Shown: in pieces, positions 11,149 to 21,746 of the stretch
How positions within the stretch are numbered: the first letter of the stretch is position 1
Layout: every line of letters begins with the position of its first letter
NCBI GenBank assembly: GCA_001600695.1
Contig: BCKQ01000006.1
Location: 332,328 to 370,703, forward strand
Length of the DNA stretch: 38,376 bases
Reading direction: 5' to 3'
Source of the DNA: Ascoidea asiatica JCM 7603
Lineage: Eukaryota > Fungi > Ascomycota
Program-made: the position numbers and the translations under genes
The notes under the pieces: model-generated
Told to the model about the DNA's origin: nothing
Databases searched by the model: none
Seen by the model: only the letters and a program-made list of their open reading frames with translations

Positions 11149-11311
11149 TATTGTTAATATTATTATCATAAACGCCTTCGGCTATAAGAACTGGTTTTAA
11201 AGCTGCAAATCCGAAAACTGGACCAGCAGCAAATAAACACCATAATACAGCACAAGAAAGTTGAATATATTTTGCATTTCTTTTAAAGAAATCCAATATT
11301 TTCAAAGACAT
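9506..11311 (-). CDS. FMP42: MFS transporter, Fmp42/SLC43-like
   Basis: 601 aa with about 12 hydrophobic segments. CAVLWCLFAAGPVFGFAALKPVLIAEGVY, GLILDKFGPR, LTGAFDSSSALF, QMLRINYFIATI and YRPFYYTTVSDY are typical of yeast Fmp42. Confidence 0.9.
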
Positions 11312-12199
11312 TTAATTTAATTTGATTTAATATAATTTAATTTAAGATAATGAATAAATAGCCAGTGATTGAATATGAATAAAAGATAGTTTAAGTTAAA
11401 TACTGTATATGGATACGGATATGAATAAAAGGGAAGTATTAAGGAAATTGAAGAGATTGAATAGATTATATTTGATGAATTTTTTAATAATAAAAGTGGA
11501 TTTAACTGAATGTTTATTTGAAATTGAGTTGGAAATAAATAAGAAAAGAATCAATGAAAAAAAAAAAAAAAAACAATCTGAATAAAAAAATGAGTTTTCC
11601 TCAAAGTGATTTATGAATGATTTTATTTATTGATGATGGCTCGGTGTGGAGTTTAAAAGACGATTTAAAATAGGATTGGAAAAAGGGTAAAAAAATGTGT
11701 TTTTTAAGCTTTGAGCTTCGCCGGCTGGAAGAGGCTGGGAATCGGGTCACAAGTGCAAGCCACGTATTTCTAATTTAGGATTTCAATGCCACACTTTTGA
11801 CGTGGTTTTAAGGGTTTGGGACTTTTTCAAAAAAAAAAACGGGAAACCGGGAAAATAAAGTAAAAACTGGTGTGGCGCAGCAGAGATAATGCAGCACCGG
11901 ATTATGTCAGCAACCGGAGTGCCGAAAAGTGAAGCCAGAAATGTGGATGAAACCAGATCAATGGATTTTACCACCAGTATGGATTTAATGTATGTCATGT
12001 GATGTTTTTTTTTTAAGTTATTTTAAAGCCAGTTCTATGGGTCAACGTGGACATGGTTCTATTACCAGCCTAATGGAATACAATACTTACTACAGTCATT
12101 ATGAGGATAAAACGAGACTCAAGAATTATTCCATTACAGAAAAATTATGAAGAAATGTGCAAGAGAAAATATGAAAAAACTGCTGTTTCTGTAGTATTT

Positions 12200-12239
12200 G
12201 TAGAATCTGTAGAATCTGTAGAATCTGAAGAATCTGAAG
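12200..12239. repeat. Tandem 9-mer (AGAATCTGT/A) x4
   Basis: gtagaatctgtagaatctgtagaatctgaagaatctgaag read directly. Confidence 0.85.
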
Positions 12240-12414
12240 TGTTTGAAGGAAAGGAAAAAAGAAAAATATAATTTAAAAACTGATTTTTATTAAAATTTAT
12301 GAAAATATAAAGTAGTAGTTTGCATTTATGTGTTTATTTGATGAAATTAATTTCATTATTTTCTATTAAGATTTGATTGATAATTTAATGGATTTAAAAA
12401 TTAAATTTAATTAT

Positions 12415-12653
12415 TTATGGTTTTAAATCACCAGCAAAAATACCAGCTTCTCTTTGATCATCCCATTTTTCAACCCAAGATACTGGACATAATGAAGAAT
12501 ATGTTTTCCAAAAAATTTTACATGGAGCAAAATCTTCACCTTTTGCATTAATACATTTATGATAATCAACATATGATTGCCAACAATGTTTTGTCTGATT
12601 TTGTTGAGGGAAACGAGCATCGAATCCAACTGTACTAAGTGGTGAAGTTGACA

Positions 12654-12654
<1 letters not shown>
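12415..12654 (-). CDS. COX12: Cytochrome c oxidase subunit VIb
   Basis: 79 aa; TVGFDARFPQQNQTKHCWQSYVDYHKC...CKIFWKTYSSLCPVSWVEKWDDQRE with the Cx9C/Cx10C cysteines; near-identical to yeast Cox12. Confidence 0.98.
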
Positions 12655-12744
<90 letters not shown>

Positions 12745-12746
12745 TT
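12655..12746. repeat. Compound microsatellite (TAT)4-5 + (TATT)~20 abutting the COX12 start codon
   Basis: Perfect TATT units from 12667 to 12746, preceded by TAT units from 12655. Confidence 0.95.
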
Positions 12747-13088
12747 AAGTTACTATTGATATAATTTGAATATTGAAATATTTAATATAATCTTGAAAGT
12801 GAGAAAGATTTACTTTAATCAGAACCAGAACTATTATATTTGAATAAATTATAATAAAAAAGAAGATCAATTATTTAACTAACTATCTACAGTTCTAATC
12901 TCTTCACATCTCACTGGTCTTGCCATTATTACCAATACCATTACCATTATCATCTCACTCTCTCTCTCGCTACAGTACAAAGCTCTGCACCGTATCAACA
13001 ATCTCAATCTGCCCTGGCTCACTTTTCGCTTTATTCCAAACAATCAGCACACTCCAGATTAAAATCAGGTGAAAAATCAAGAAATTGC

Positions 13089-13096
13089 TGATTGGT
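13089..13096. promoter_or_regulatory. CCAAT box (Hap2/3/4/5 consensus TNATTGGT) in the divergent COX12/GRC3 promoter
   Basis: TGATTGGT lies about 435 bp upstream of COX12 inside a GC-richer island. COX subunit genes are established HAP-complex targets in yeasts. Confidence 0.55.
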
Positions 13097-13390
13097 CAAC
13101 ATTTTCTCACCGCACCACAATATGCAGACTAGGAGTACCGCATATACGGTCTCTTTTTAACCGCGGTTTTTATTTTTATTTCCTGCTCACGGATGAATTT
13201 CAAAACTACCGGATAAATAAAAATAAATAAATAAATAAAAATAAAAAATAAATTTATTTTTTTTTCAAAATCTTAATTTTCATTTCCAATTTAATTCATA
13301 TTTCAATTTCAAAAGAGTGAAAAATATCTGAATAATTTGACTTGAAATAATTCAAAATTAACATATCTGAAATACTGAAATGAAAAAATC

Positions 13391-15630
13391 ATGGCAAAAG
13401 ATAAGAAATGTAAGTTTTAAATCCATTATTTCCGCTCACTTTCTTCAATAAATTACTAACTTATTTTAATTTCAAAGTAAGTGCTTTTGCATATCTAATG
13501 AAAACTGATTCAAATGATCAAAATGATCAAATTCATTATCTGAAGAATTCTTCTGATTCTGAAAATCAAAACAATTCATCTGATTCGGATGATGATATCA
13601 ATCTTGATACTAATAATAATAATGATGATAATGATAAACCTAATTACAATTCTGATTCCGAACTTGAATCTAATATCACAAATAATAATTATAATAATAC
13701 AGTTACTTCAATTGATTATATAGAAAATGATTCAAAAATGAAATCTATAAATAATTCCTCAATCTCAATTTCAATCTCTTCTCAAATAAATAATAATTCA
13801 AAATTTTATCCAAATAATAAAAATATTATTTTTAATAATGATAATGTAATCTTTGGCCTTAATTTTAATCAATATTTATTATTTAAAGGTTCTTTCAATT
13901 TATCCATTTTAAAAGGTTCAATTTCAATTAATAATATTAATTATCATTCAAATTCAAAAATCATTTACCCAATTTTTCAACCAATTTCAATATCTTTAAG
14001 TGAAATTTATTCAATTCAATCTACAAATGATACTCCAACTAATGATGATAATGAATTTGATGAAATTTCAAATGAATTTATTTCAAATTTTGATACAATT
14101 CTTAAAATTTCTATATTACCTTTAAATTCTAATTCAATCCCATTTTTAAAAAATATATTTCATATTCCAATAACTAATGATTCTATTGATTCTAATGAAT
14201 CTAATAATATCAACAATGTAACAAATAATAATGAATCTTTAATTAAATATTCAAATTTAGAAATTTCAAATTTATTTTCAAAGTATACTTTTATTCCAAT
14301 AATAGAAAATAATGAAATTAATGAAACTGATGAAAATATTAATTACTCAAAAATGAAAATTTCTCAAGAAATGTCACAAACTATAGAAATTTTAACTAAT
14401 TTTTATAATAAAAGTGAATCTGAGAATATAATAATACCGAGAATTTTAATTATTGGTCCAAAAAATTCGGGAAAGACAACTTTTTTAATAAATTTATTTA
14501 ATTCTTTATTACAATCAAATTCAAATCCAATTGGAATCTTAGATCTTGATCCTGGTCAACCTGCTTTTTCATTATCTGATTCATTATCTTATTCAACTCA
14601 TATAAATTCTATAATTGGTTCTTGTACATATTTCTTATCTCAAAATAATTTTAATTCTATAAATAATGAATATTTTGGTTTTAATTCTCCTTTAGAAAAT
14701 TTACCAAGATTTTATAAAATTATAAAAAATTTATTAAATTATTATAATAATAATGATTATAATATTAGAATTCCATTATTAGTTAATACTCCAGGTTATA
14801 TAAAAGGTTATGGTTTTGAAATTTTTAAAAAAATTTTTAAAAATATTAATCCAACTCATATTGTTTATTTATCAAATGATTCTAATGATCGTGATGAAAT
14901 TCTTGAATTTTTAAATTCTCAAAAATTAGATCCATTAAATAATTTAAATTTCTCAATTTTAAAAATTAATGGAGTTTTTAATTTTAAAACTAACAAACAA
15001 ATTAATTTACCTGCTTCTGAACTTAGATTATTAAAATCATTAACATATTTTCATACAAATGAAAATAACTTTTTTAATTTTACTCCATTAATATTTTCTT
15101 CGCCTTTAAGAATATCTTATTTGACATCTAATGAACAGAAAAAGAAACAATTTAAAGGAATTTATGGATTTTCTATTTTAAATGATGATAATCTTATTGA
15201 AAATGCTTCGGATATTATTCTTGAAGGTTCAATACTTGCTATTTATTCCATTCAAGAAACTATAACTAAAGATATACTGAATTTACTTGATTCAGAAGAT
15301 GATAATCCAATACAAATTCCTTCTTCCTCAATAGAAGAATTAAAATTAAAATTTTTAGGATTTTGTGTTGTTCATACAATTGATAAATCAATATCTTCTC
15401 TTAATATTTATATACCTGAGTTTTTATTGTCAAAAATCATAAAATCAAAAATTTCTAAACTTTTTTTGATAAAGGGAAGAACAGAATTACCGATTTATGA
15501 ATTTGCTCCGGAGGAATTCCCTTTGAAGGAAAAATCAATTCCATTTATTCGAACAAGTTCATCAGCTGGTGCTGGTAGTAAAGTTTGGAAAACAAGAAAA
15601 AATGTTTTAAGAAGATCTACTGCTAGATGA
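13391..15630 (+). CDS. GRC3: Polynucleotide 5'-hydroxyl kinase Grc3 (Clp1/Nol9 family); two exons, 13391-13409 and 13478-15630
   Basis: P-loop IIGPKNSGKTTF, LDLDPGQP, LLVNTPGYIKGYG, LRLLKSLTYFH and C-terminal KVWKTRKNVLRR. Splicing joins ATG GCA AAA GAT AAG AAA T|TA AGT GCT TTT GCA TAT CTA in frame to ATG 13498, giving MAKDKKLSAFAYLMKTD. Confidence 0.92.
13410..13477 (+). other. Spliceosomal intron (68 nt) in GRC3
   Basis: 5' site GTAAGT at 13410, branch point TACTAAC at 13454-13460, T-rich tract, and 3' site AAG ending at 13477. Removal restores the frame with the downstream ORF. Confidence 0.88.
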
Positions 15631-15896
15631 AATATAATATAAAAATAATAATAATGTACTTTAAAAAAGTGGAATACATATTTGATTTGAGTTAATTCAA
15701 ACATCATATATAGATATTAAAAATACTGGAAACTTCAATGAGAGCTAATGGATTTGGAATTATCAGAAAACAAAATAATAAAGTGTTTATTCTATTTAAG
15801 ATATCTAAAAGACTTATTAAAACTACAACTGTAAATGACACACCGGTTTATAAAAAATTGATAAAAATTAATAAAAAAACTAATAGAAAAAGACTG

Positions 15897-18800
15897 CTAT
15901 ACTTCGGCCTTTATGAAATTTTCTGAATTTAAATTCTTAAAATGTTTTTTACTTTTTTTGTTCCTTCCATACCTTAATTTTTTATATAAAGAACTTATTT
16001 TATTATAAACGAACATTTCAAATATCCAATGCATGAAAAAGTTAATACCTGTGAAAAAAATTATAACCATTTTAAAATACTTAGAAGTATATGTTAATTG
16101 CATCAAGTCACCAAGACCTGATTCTGAATCTAAAAACATAAGAGCAATTGATAACAATAGAGAAACTACAACATTAATAACAAAGGGTACATTTTTGAAA
16201 GAACTTTCCCTATAAGGAGGACCTTGTGTAAGTAAAACAGCAGATAAAATATATTGAAAATTTGAATACAAAAACAAAACAGTATTATCTGATGATTGAA
16301 CTGCATCATCCCCTCCAGCAATTGGTTTTTCGTACCAGGGTTCCATATGAACCAATCCCCATATTAAATATTGAAAAATAAATATTAGAATTATATTACC
16401 AACCAAGGGAGTTAATATTTTTGGAGAAACTAAATTTGCAGTTGGTCTTTTTTTTACCAATATTGGATATGGCTTTGACCAAGACATAAATATAGCAATC
16501 GGTAAAATCAAGAATAAATCAATCCACAAAAACTGAAAATCACCTAAATTTGACCCTTTCTTATATAATATGGAAATTGTGACAAACTGAATTGCGGAAT
16601 AAAGACTCATATATTTGAAACAGCTGAAACTTGTAACTAATGAGGCTCTTCCTTCTTTCATAAGGTCCAAAACACAGGAAATTTCAAATGATGTTGAAGT
16701 GAAAGGAGCGGCAACAGATGCTTCTGCTTCTGATAAAGAAATACCCACATCGGCACCTTTGAGTGCACCACAATCATTAGCACCATCTCCACAAAAGCCA
16801 ACAGTGTAATCAATTTTCTGTAATTGCTCAACTAGCTCATGCTTTTCATCTGGAGACATCCTGGCATATATATTTGTTTTCATTAAAACTCTCTCAACAT
16901 AATCTTTTTCCGAACTTTTTTGAATGTTATCCTCATCTTTCTGGTCTGTAGATTCCTCAAAATTTAGAATATACCTAAAAATCTCACCTGTTATAGCCAA
17001 GCAATAATCTTGATAGTTGATCTTATTTGGGACTAAAGTTATAGGATCCAAAGTGCTTTCTGAATCATCAGAGTCTTCCCAGGTTATTGCTGGAAATCCT
17101 TCAACATTATTCTCATATTCAAATCTAGGAACGAATATTTGGCATTTATTTTTGTTTTTGACTAAACCGCATTCTTTGGCAACACTAATGGCAGTTAATA
17201 TATTATCACCTGTGCACATTATAGTTCTGATATCTGCTATTTGATTTAAATCATATAAGGTTTGCTTTGTAGATACCTTTAACTTATTTTCAAAAATTAT
17301 AAATCCGAGAAAGATTAAATCAGACTCAACTTCTTCTCTGCGTGCTTTTTTAACTAATAAAGTTGGGATAGGTGGAATTCTTTTATATGCACAAGCAATT
17401 ACACGATAGCCATTATGAGTATAATTATAGAGTAAAGAATCAAAGTCTTTTGGGAGAGATTCAGGCTGACAAATCTGAGAAATAACTTCAGGAGCACCCT
17501 TAGTAAATACAAAAGCATCTTCCATTCTTGAAGCCACATTTTTTACAATTACTGACATTCTTCTCAAAGCAGATAAGAATTCATATTGTTTTATTATTCC
17601 AAAATAATTTTCTTTTTCATCTTCTTTGAATGTTGAAGAACTTGAAGGCATGACCAAAAATGGATAAATAACGGTTGATTCAAACCCATTATTTGTGTGA
17701 TCAATAACACTATAATCTTCGTGAAAATCCCATTTAGTGAATTCAAACATTTTAAAATCTAAAGGATCTCCAATTAATTCATCATCTACTTTTCTTAAAG
17801 AATGACAACAACATAATGACAAAAAAAAGTTGAAAGCTCTGATTTTATCTGAGTTTTCAGAAATATTATTATGAAATGTATCATTTAAGTTTAGCTGTTC
17901 AACATTCTTAATCATCTCTCCAAATGCCAAAGAATCATCATCATTTTTTTGGGATGATTCTGTTAAATGAACACCTAAGATATCAAGCCCGTCATCAGTT
18001 AAAGTTCCCGTTTTGTCAAAGCAAAATACGTCTATCTTCCCAGCTACATTTACTGTTGATGGGCTAATGCAGAATATTCCTTTATGTTTAAGTCTATTTA
18101 TAGCAAAACTAGTTCCAATTGTTAAAGTTGCAGGTAAAGCAGGAGGTACAACTATTGTTATTATATCTAAAGCTCTTAAATAAATAGTTTTTTTATCGAT
18201 TCCAAGTTCAATAAAGTTCGCAACAGAAAATCCAAATCCAAATAATGCAACAATACACATAAAACCAATATACTTAAAAGAATCTTGATAAAATTTGAAA
18301 TTCATTGGTTTTGGGAAAAGCATAGATCTTAATAAAGAACCCTTTGTAGTTGTAAATCCAATTTTAGTAACTAATGCCAAAGTTGGTTCATTATTATGTC
18401 TTGATCTTCTGACTCTAATGATTTTTGTTCCAGCAAAAAGATAAGATTTTGATAGTTTTGAATCAATTTCATTTTTAGTAAGAAAAAGTGATTCATTATT
18501 TATAATACTAGATTTTAAAACATCATCAGAAATTGGATTTTTTGTTACAGGAATTGATTCCCCTGTTAACATTGATTCATTAATGATACAATCACCTGTT
18601 AATAATATTGAATCACAAGGAACTATATTCAAAGTTTCTTTAGTATCTAAACTAGGAATATTACCTATAGTATTATTGTTCGAAGTGGATAATTCATAAA
18701 TATCACCTGGTACTAATTCTTCAAGATAAGATTCTTGCCAAAACCCATTTCTTTTAACTCTTACAACAGAATCTGTATTATTATTTGAAATTTCTTTTAG

Positions 18801-20813
18801 TTTTTTCATTGTTGCTTTAGTTTCATAAAGGGAATCAAGAATTGAAATTAGAGAAATTAAAAATATACAAAATGCATAATAATAATAATCATCTAATAAC
18901 CATAAAATAATTGAAAAAATTTGAAAGATATAAAAAGGATGTAAAACTTCATGAATTAAAATTTGTAATGAAGTTTTTTCTTTTAAATTTAAAGAATTTG
19001 AACCAAATACTAAATGACGATCATCATAATCATTATCATTTATACCATTTTTAATAATTTTTTTTGAAGACCAATTTTTAAAATCTATCCAATTTGTATT
19101 TGTTTGAAAAATTTCTTCTAATGGATTATAAATTAATTTAAAATATCTATATTCAAAAGAAATAATCACTGGCATTAAAATATCATCGATAAATTGAGGA
19201 TTCTTATTATTATTATTCTCATTATTATCAAAATTGTTATTATCATTATTATTATTATCATTATCGAATTTTGGAGTTAAATTGAAAATGGTAGAAATTT
19301 TTTTATTATACCAAGTTCTCTTTAGGTTAATTATATCTAAATCACCATATTGAGATTCAACAACCACCCATTGAGCTTTTGCTAAAGTTGATTTACTACC
19401 AATGAATTTAATTTTTAATTTTATAAACCAATTTAAGATTAAATAAGATAAACCAAGAGTTAAAAGATTTAAGAAATAATAAAGAGATAATTTCAATTTA
19501 TTTGTTTTATAACCTGCAATAACAATTAATAAATCTTCTTGAATAATATAAAAATTTTGATAATTTAAAGTTGAAGGATTAATTGGGAATAATTCATCAT
19601 ATAAATCAATATTTTTATTAATTTTTTCAATTTTAGATTTTTGTAAAGTATTAATTGAATTTTTTGAAGCAGAATGAAGTTGATAATGATCATTGTTACT
19701 GATATCGTTATCATTATTACTAGTATTGTTATAATCGCCACTATTGATATCATTATCTTCATTATTATCTTTATTCACATTATTGTTATCATTATCATTA
19801 TTATTAATATAATGATGAGTATGAGTATTATTGAAAATATTATTAGTATTGTTATTGGCGCTAGTATTAATAGACGCCAAAGATAATTCCGAGCCATATG
19901 AAGATAAAGTATTATGTAATGAGATATTTGAATTATTTAAAAAGTCTATTGGGACTCCATCGATGATATTAATATGATTATGATTATGATTACGATTATT
20001 ATTGTTATTTGAACTGTTACTATTGATTTTATTAACTTGAAGATTGTCTAAACTTATAACCGAATTCATATTAGTATTATTATTATTAGTAGTTAATATA
20101 TTATCTATATTATTTACGTTACTGGTATTAATATTATTTAAATCATTTGAATTATGAAGTAAAGGATTATTTTCATTTTGTAATTGATTTTCAAGACTTG
20201 TTGTTGAAGTTGATCCATAATTTTGATTATTTTGTAATAAATGAGAATTTTCCGTCTGAACTTGAAAACTGTAATGTCTATTTGAATTATTATTATTATT
20301 ATTATTATCTTCATTTGAATATAAAGAATTAATATCATTAAAAATTTGAGAAGAATTTGATTGACTTCCTTTAGCATTATCGATTTCATCTTTTGAGAAG
20401 AAATTAAAATTATTTAATTGATGATTTTGAGAACTGAATGAATTTCTTGAGGAAAAAGATAAGCTTAAATTTGTACTTGATAACATATTAAAAGAATTTG
20501 TTCTATTATTTAAATTATTATTATCATTGTTTGTAGAAATGGATTGATTAAGATCATCATGTTGATTTTGTGAATTTTCATTTTCTAAATTATTTAAAAG
20601 ATTGATTGAATTATTAAAATGAGAATTTTGTTCATTTTGATCATTTTGTTGATCATCGAATTGATTTATATGATGAAAAGAAGAAATTGAAGATGGAATA
20701 ACTTGAGATCCAGCTCCTGAGAAAATTTCAGAATCATTCTCATATTCATTGAAAAAATTTATATTCTCAGAGAGAATAGAATTTGAAATTGAACGTTTTT
20801 TGGTATTTGGCAT
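15897..20813 (-). CDS. YPK9: P5B-type ATPase (Ypk9/ATP13A2 orthologue), vacuolar
   Basis: 1638 aa; NESMLTGES, VPPALPATL (P5B signature), FDKTGTLT phosphorylation site, KGAPE, MCTGDN, YARMSPDEK and GFCGDGANDCGALK; long Asn-rich N-terminal extension. Confidence 0.96.
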   Translation of the reverse strand: MPNTKKRSISNSILSENINFFNEYENDSEIFSGAGSQVIPSSISSFHHINQFDDQQNDQNEQNSHFNNSINLLNNLENENSQNQHDDLNQSISTNNDNNNLNNRTNSFNMLSSTNLSLSFSSRNSFSSQNHQLNNFNFFSKDEIDNAKGSQSNSSQIFNDINSLYSNEDNNNNNNNSNRHYSFQVQTENSHLLQNNQNYGSTSTTSLENQLQNENNPLLHNSNDLNNINTSNVNNIDNILTTNNNNTNMNSVISLDNLQVNKINSNSSNNNNNRNHNHNHINIIDGVPIDFLNNSNISLHNTLSSYGSELSLASINTSANNNTNNIFNNTHTHHYINNNDNDNNNVNKDNNEDNDINSGDYNNTSNNDNDISNNDHYQLHSASKNSINTLQKSKIEKINKNIDLYDELFPINPSTLNYQNFYIIQEDLLIVIAGYKTNKLKLSLYYFLNLLTLGLSYLILNWFIKLKIKFIGSKSTLAKAQWVVVESQYGDLDIINLKRTWYNKKISTIFNLTPKFDNDNNNNDNNNFDNNENNNNKNPQFIDDILMPVIISFEYRYFKLIYNPLEEIFQTNTNWIDFKNWSSKKIIKNGINDNDYDDRHLVFGSNSLNLKEKTSLQILIHEVLHPFYIFQIFSIILWLLDDYYYYAFCIFLISLISILDSLYETKATMKKLKEISNNNTDSVVRVKRNGFWQESYLEELVPGDIYELSTSNNNTIGNIPSLDTKETLNIVPCDSILLTGDCIINESMLTGESIPVTKNPISDDVLKSSIINNESLFLTKNEIDSKLSKSYLFAGTKIIRVRRSRHNNEPTLALVTKIGFTTTKGSLLRSMLFPKPMNFKFYQDSFKYIGFMCIVALFGFGFSVANFIELGIDKKTIYLRALDIITIVVPPALPATLTIGTSFAINRLKHKGIFCISPSTVNVAGKIDVFCFDKTGTLTDDGLDILGVHLTESSQKNDDDSLAFGEMIKNVEQLNLNDTFHNNISENSDKIRAFNFFLSLCCCHSLRKVDDELIGDPLDFKMFEFTKWDFHEDYSVIDHTNNGFESTVIYPFLVMPSSSSTFKEDEKENYFGIIKQYEFLSALRRMSVIVKNVASRMEDAFVFTKGAPEVISQICQPESLPKDFDSLLYNYTHNGYRVIACAYKRIPPIPTLLVKKARREEVESDLIFLGFIIFENKLKVSTKQTLYDLNQIADIRTIMCTGDNILTAISVAKECGLVKNKNKCQIFVPRFEYENNVEGFPAITWEDSDDSESTLDPITLVPNKINYQDYCLAITGEIFRYILNFEESTDQKDEDNIQKSSEKDYVERVLMKTNIYARMSPDEKHELVEQLQKIDYTVGFCGDGANDCGALKGADVGISLSEAEASVAAPFTSTSFEISCVLDLMKEGRASLVTSFSCFKYMSLYSAIQFVTISILYKKGSNLGDFQFLWIDLFLILPIAIFMSWSKPYPILVKKRPTANLVSPKILTPLVGNIILIFIFQYLIWGLVHMEPWYEKPIAGGDDAVQSSDNTVLFLYSNFQYILSAVLLTQGPPYRESSFKNVPFVINVVVSLLLSIALMFLDSESGLGDLMQLTYTSKYFKMVIIFFTGINFFMHWIFEMFVYNKISSLYKKLRYGRNKKSKKHFKNLNSENFIKAEV

Positions 20814-21274
20814 TTTTAAAACAAAATTTCAACGTCACTGATACATTATTTATTTTTAATATAATTTAACAAAATTATTTCATAAATTGCATAAGTATTT
20901 GAAAATATATACAATTATTATGCAAATAAATATTATATATCTTGTAGTTTATATAAAGTATATGAATATGATAATTGAAAAGTCTGTAAGTAAAAGATAA
21001 TATTAAATTATGTTTTAGTTAAAGAGATGAGCTTGAGCTTCAGATGAGAAACAGATACCTTTTTATAAAAAAAAGTATTCTCCTACGAAAAAAAAATAAA
21101 AAGCAGTGTTGAATAAAATCAAGTTAAATCAGATAAAATATAATAATTTGAGCTTTACTAACAAAAGGTTAAAAAATTAACCTTAAGTCAAATCAAATCG
21201 CCAAATTCGAGAAAATTTAAAAGTGCTGAGAGCCGCCGCTGGGAACGGCTCAAAACGGATCATTTCCTGGAGAC

Positions 21275-21326
21275 AGACCCCGGTTGTAGACCTCCTAGGT
21301 AGACCTCGTATGCAGACCCCTTTTTG
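21275..21326. repeat. Four AGACCYC motifs at exact 13-bp period
   Basis: AGACCCC at 21275, AGACCTC at 21288, AGACCTC at 21301 and AGACCCC at 21314, with different 6-bp spacers. Confidence 0.8.
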
Positions 21327-21640
21327 TTGAGACACCGGAGGAAAAATACCAGAATTATGGTCTCGGATTTAATTTTAAAATTAAAATTTTACAAAAAGTA
21401 AATTATTTCCTAATTAGGGATTAAATCCCATAAGTGTATAGATAGAAATTAAATTTAGCTTTGTTGATACTATTAGAAACGTTAATTGAAAATGATTATC
21501 ACAACTTTTTGTAAGCTATGTGAGAAAGAAATGTATAAATTCGAAGAAAAAAGAAGAAAAATATAAAGACAAAAAAGAATAGATTCAACATTTGCCAAAG
21601 AAAATAGCTAGGTATAAGAATCTATAATACAAAATACAAA

Positions 21641-21676
21641 AATGAAAAATGAAAAATGAAAAATGAAAAATGAAAA
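21641..21676. repeat. Tandem 7-mer (AATGAAA) x5 downstream of the NCS1 gene
   Basis: aatgaaaaatgaaaaatgaaaaatgaaaaatgaaaa read directly. Confidence 0.85.
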
Positions 21677-21746
21677 GTAATAAATAATAAATAATGAATA
21701 AAAATAAAAATAAGAGTATTGAATAAATGAATGATTGAAATTTATT

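Noticed and set aside
21275-21326. CRISPR-like repeat-spacer interpretation of the 13-bp array
   Set aside because: The 7-bp repeats and 6-bp spacers are far too short, the context is eukaryotic and there are no cas genes.
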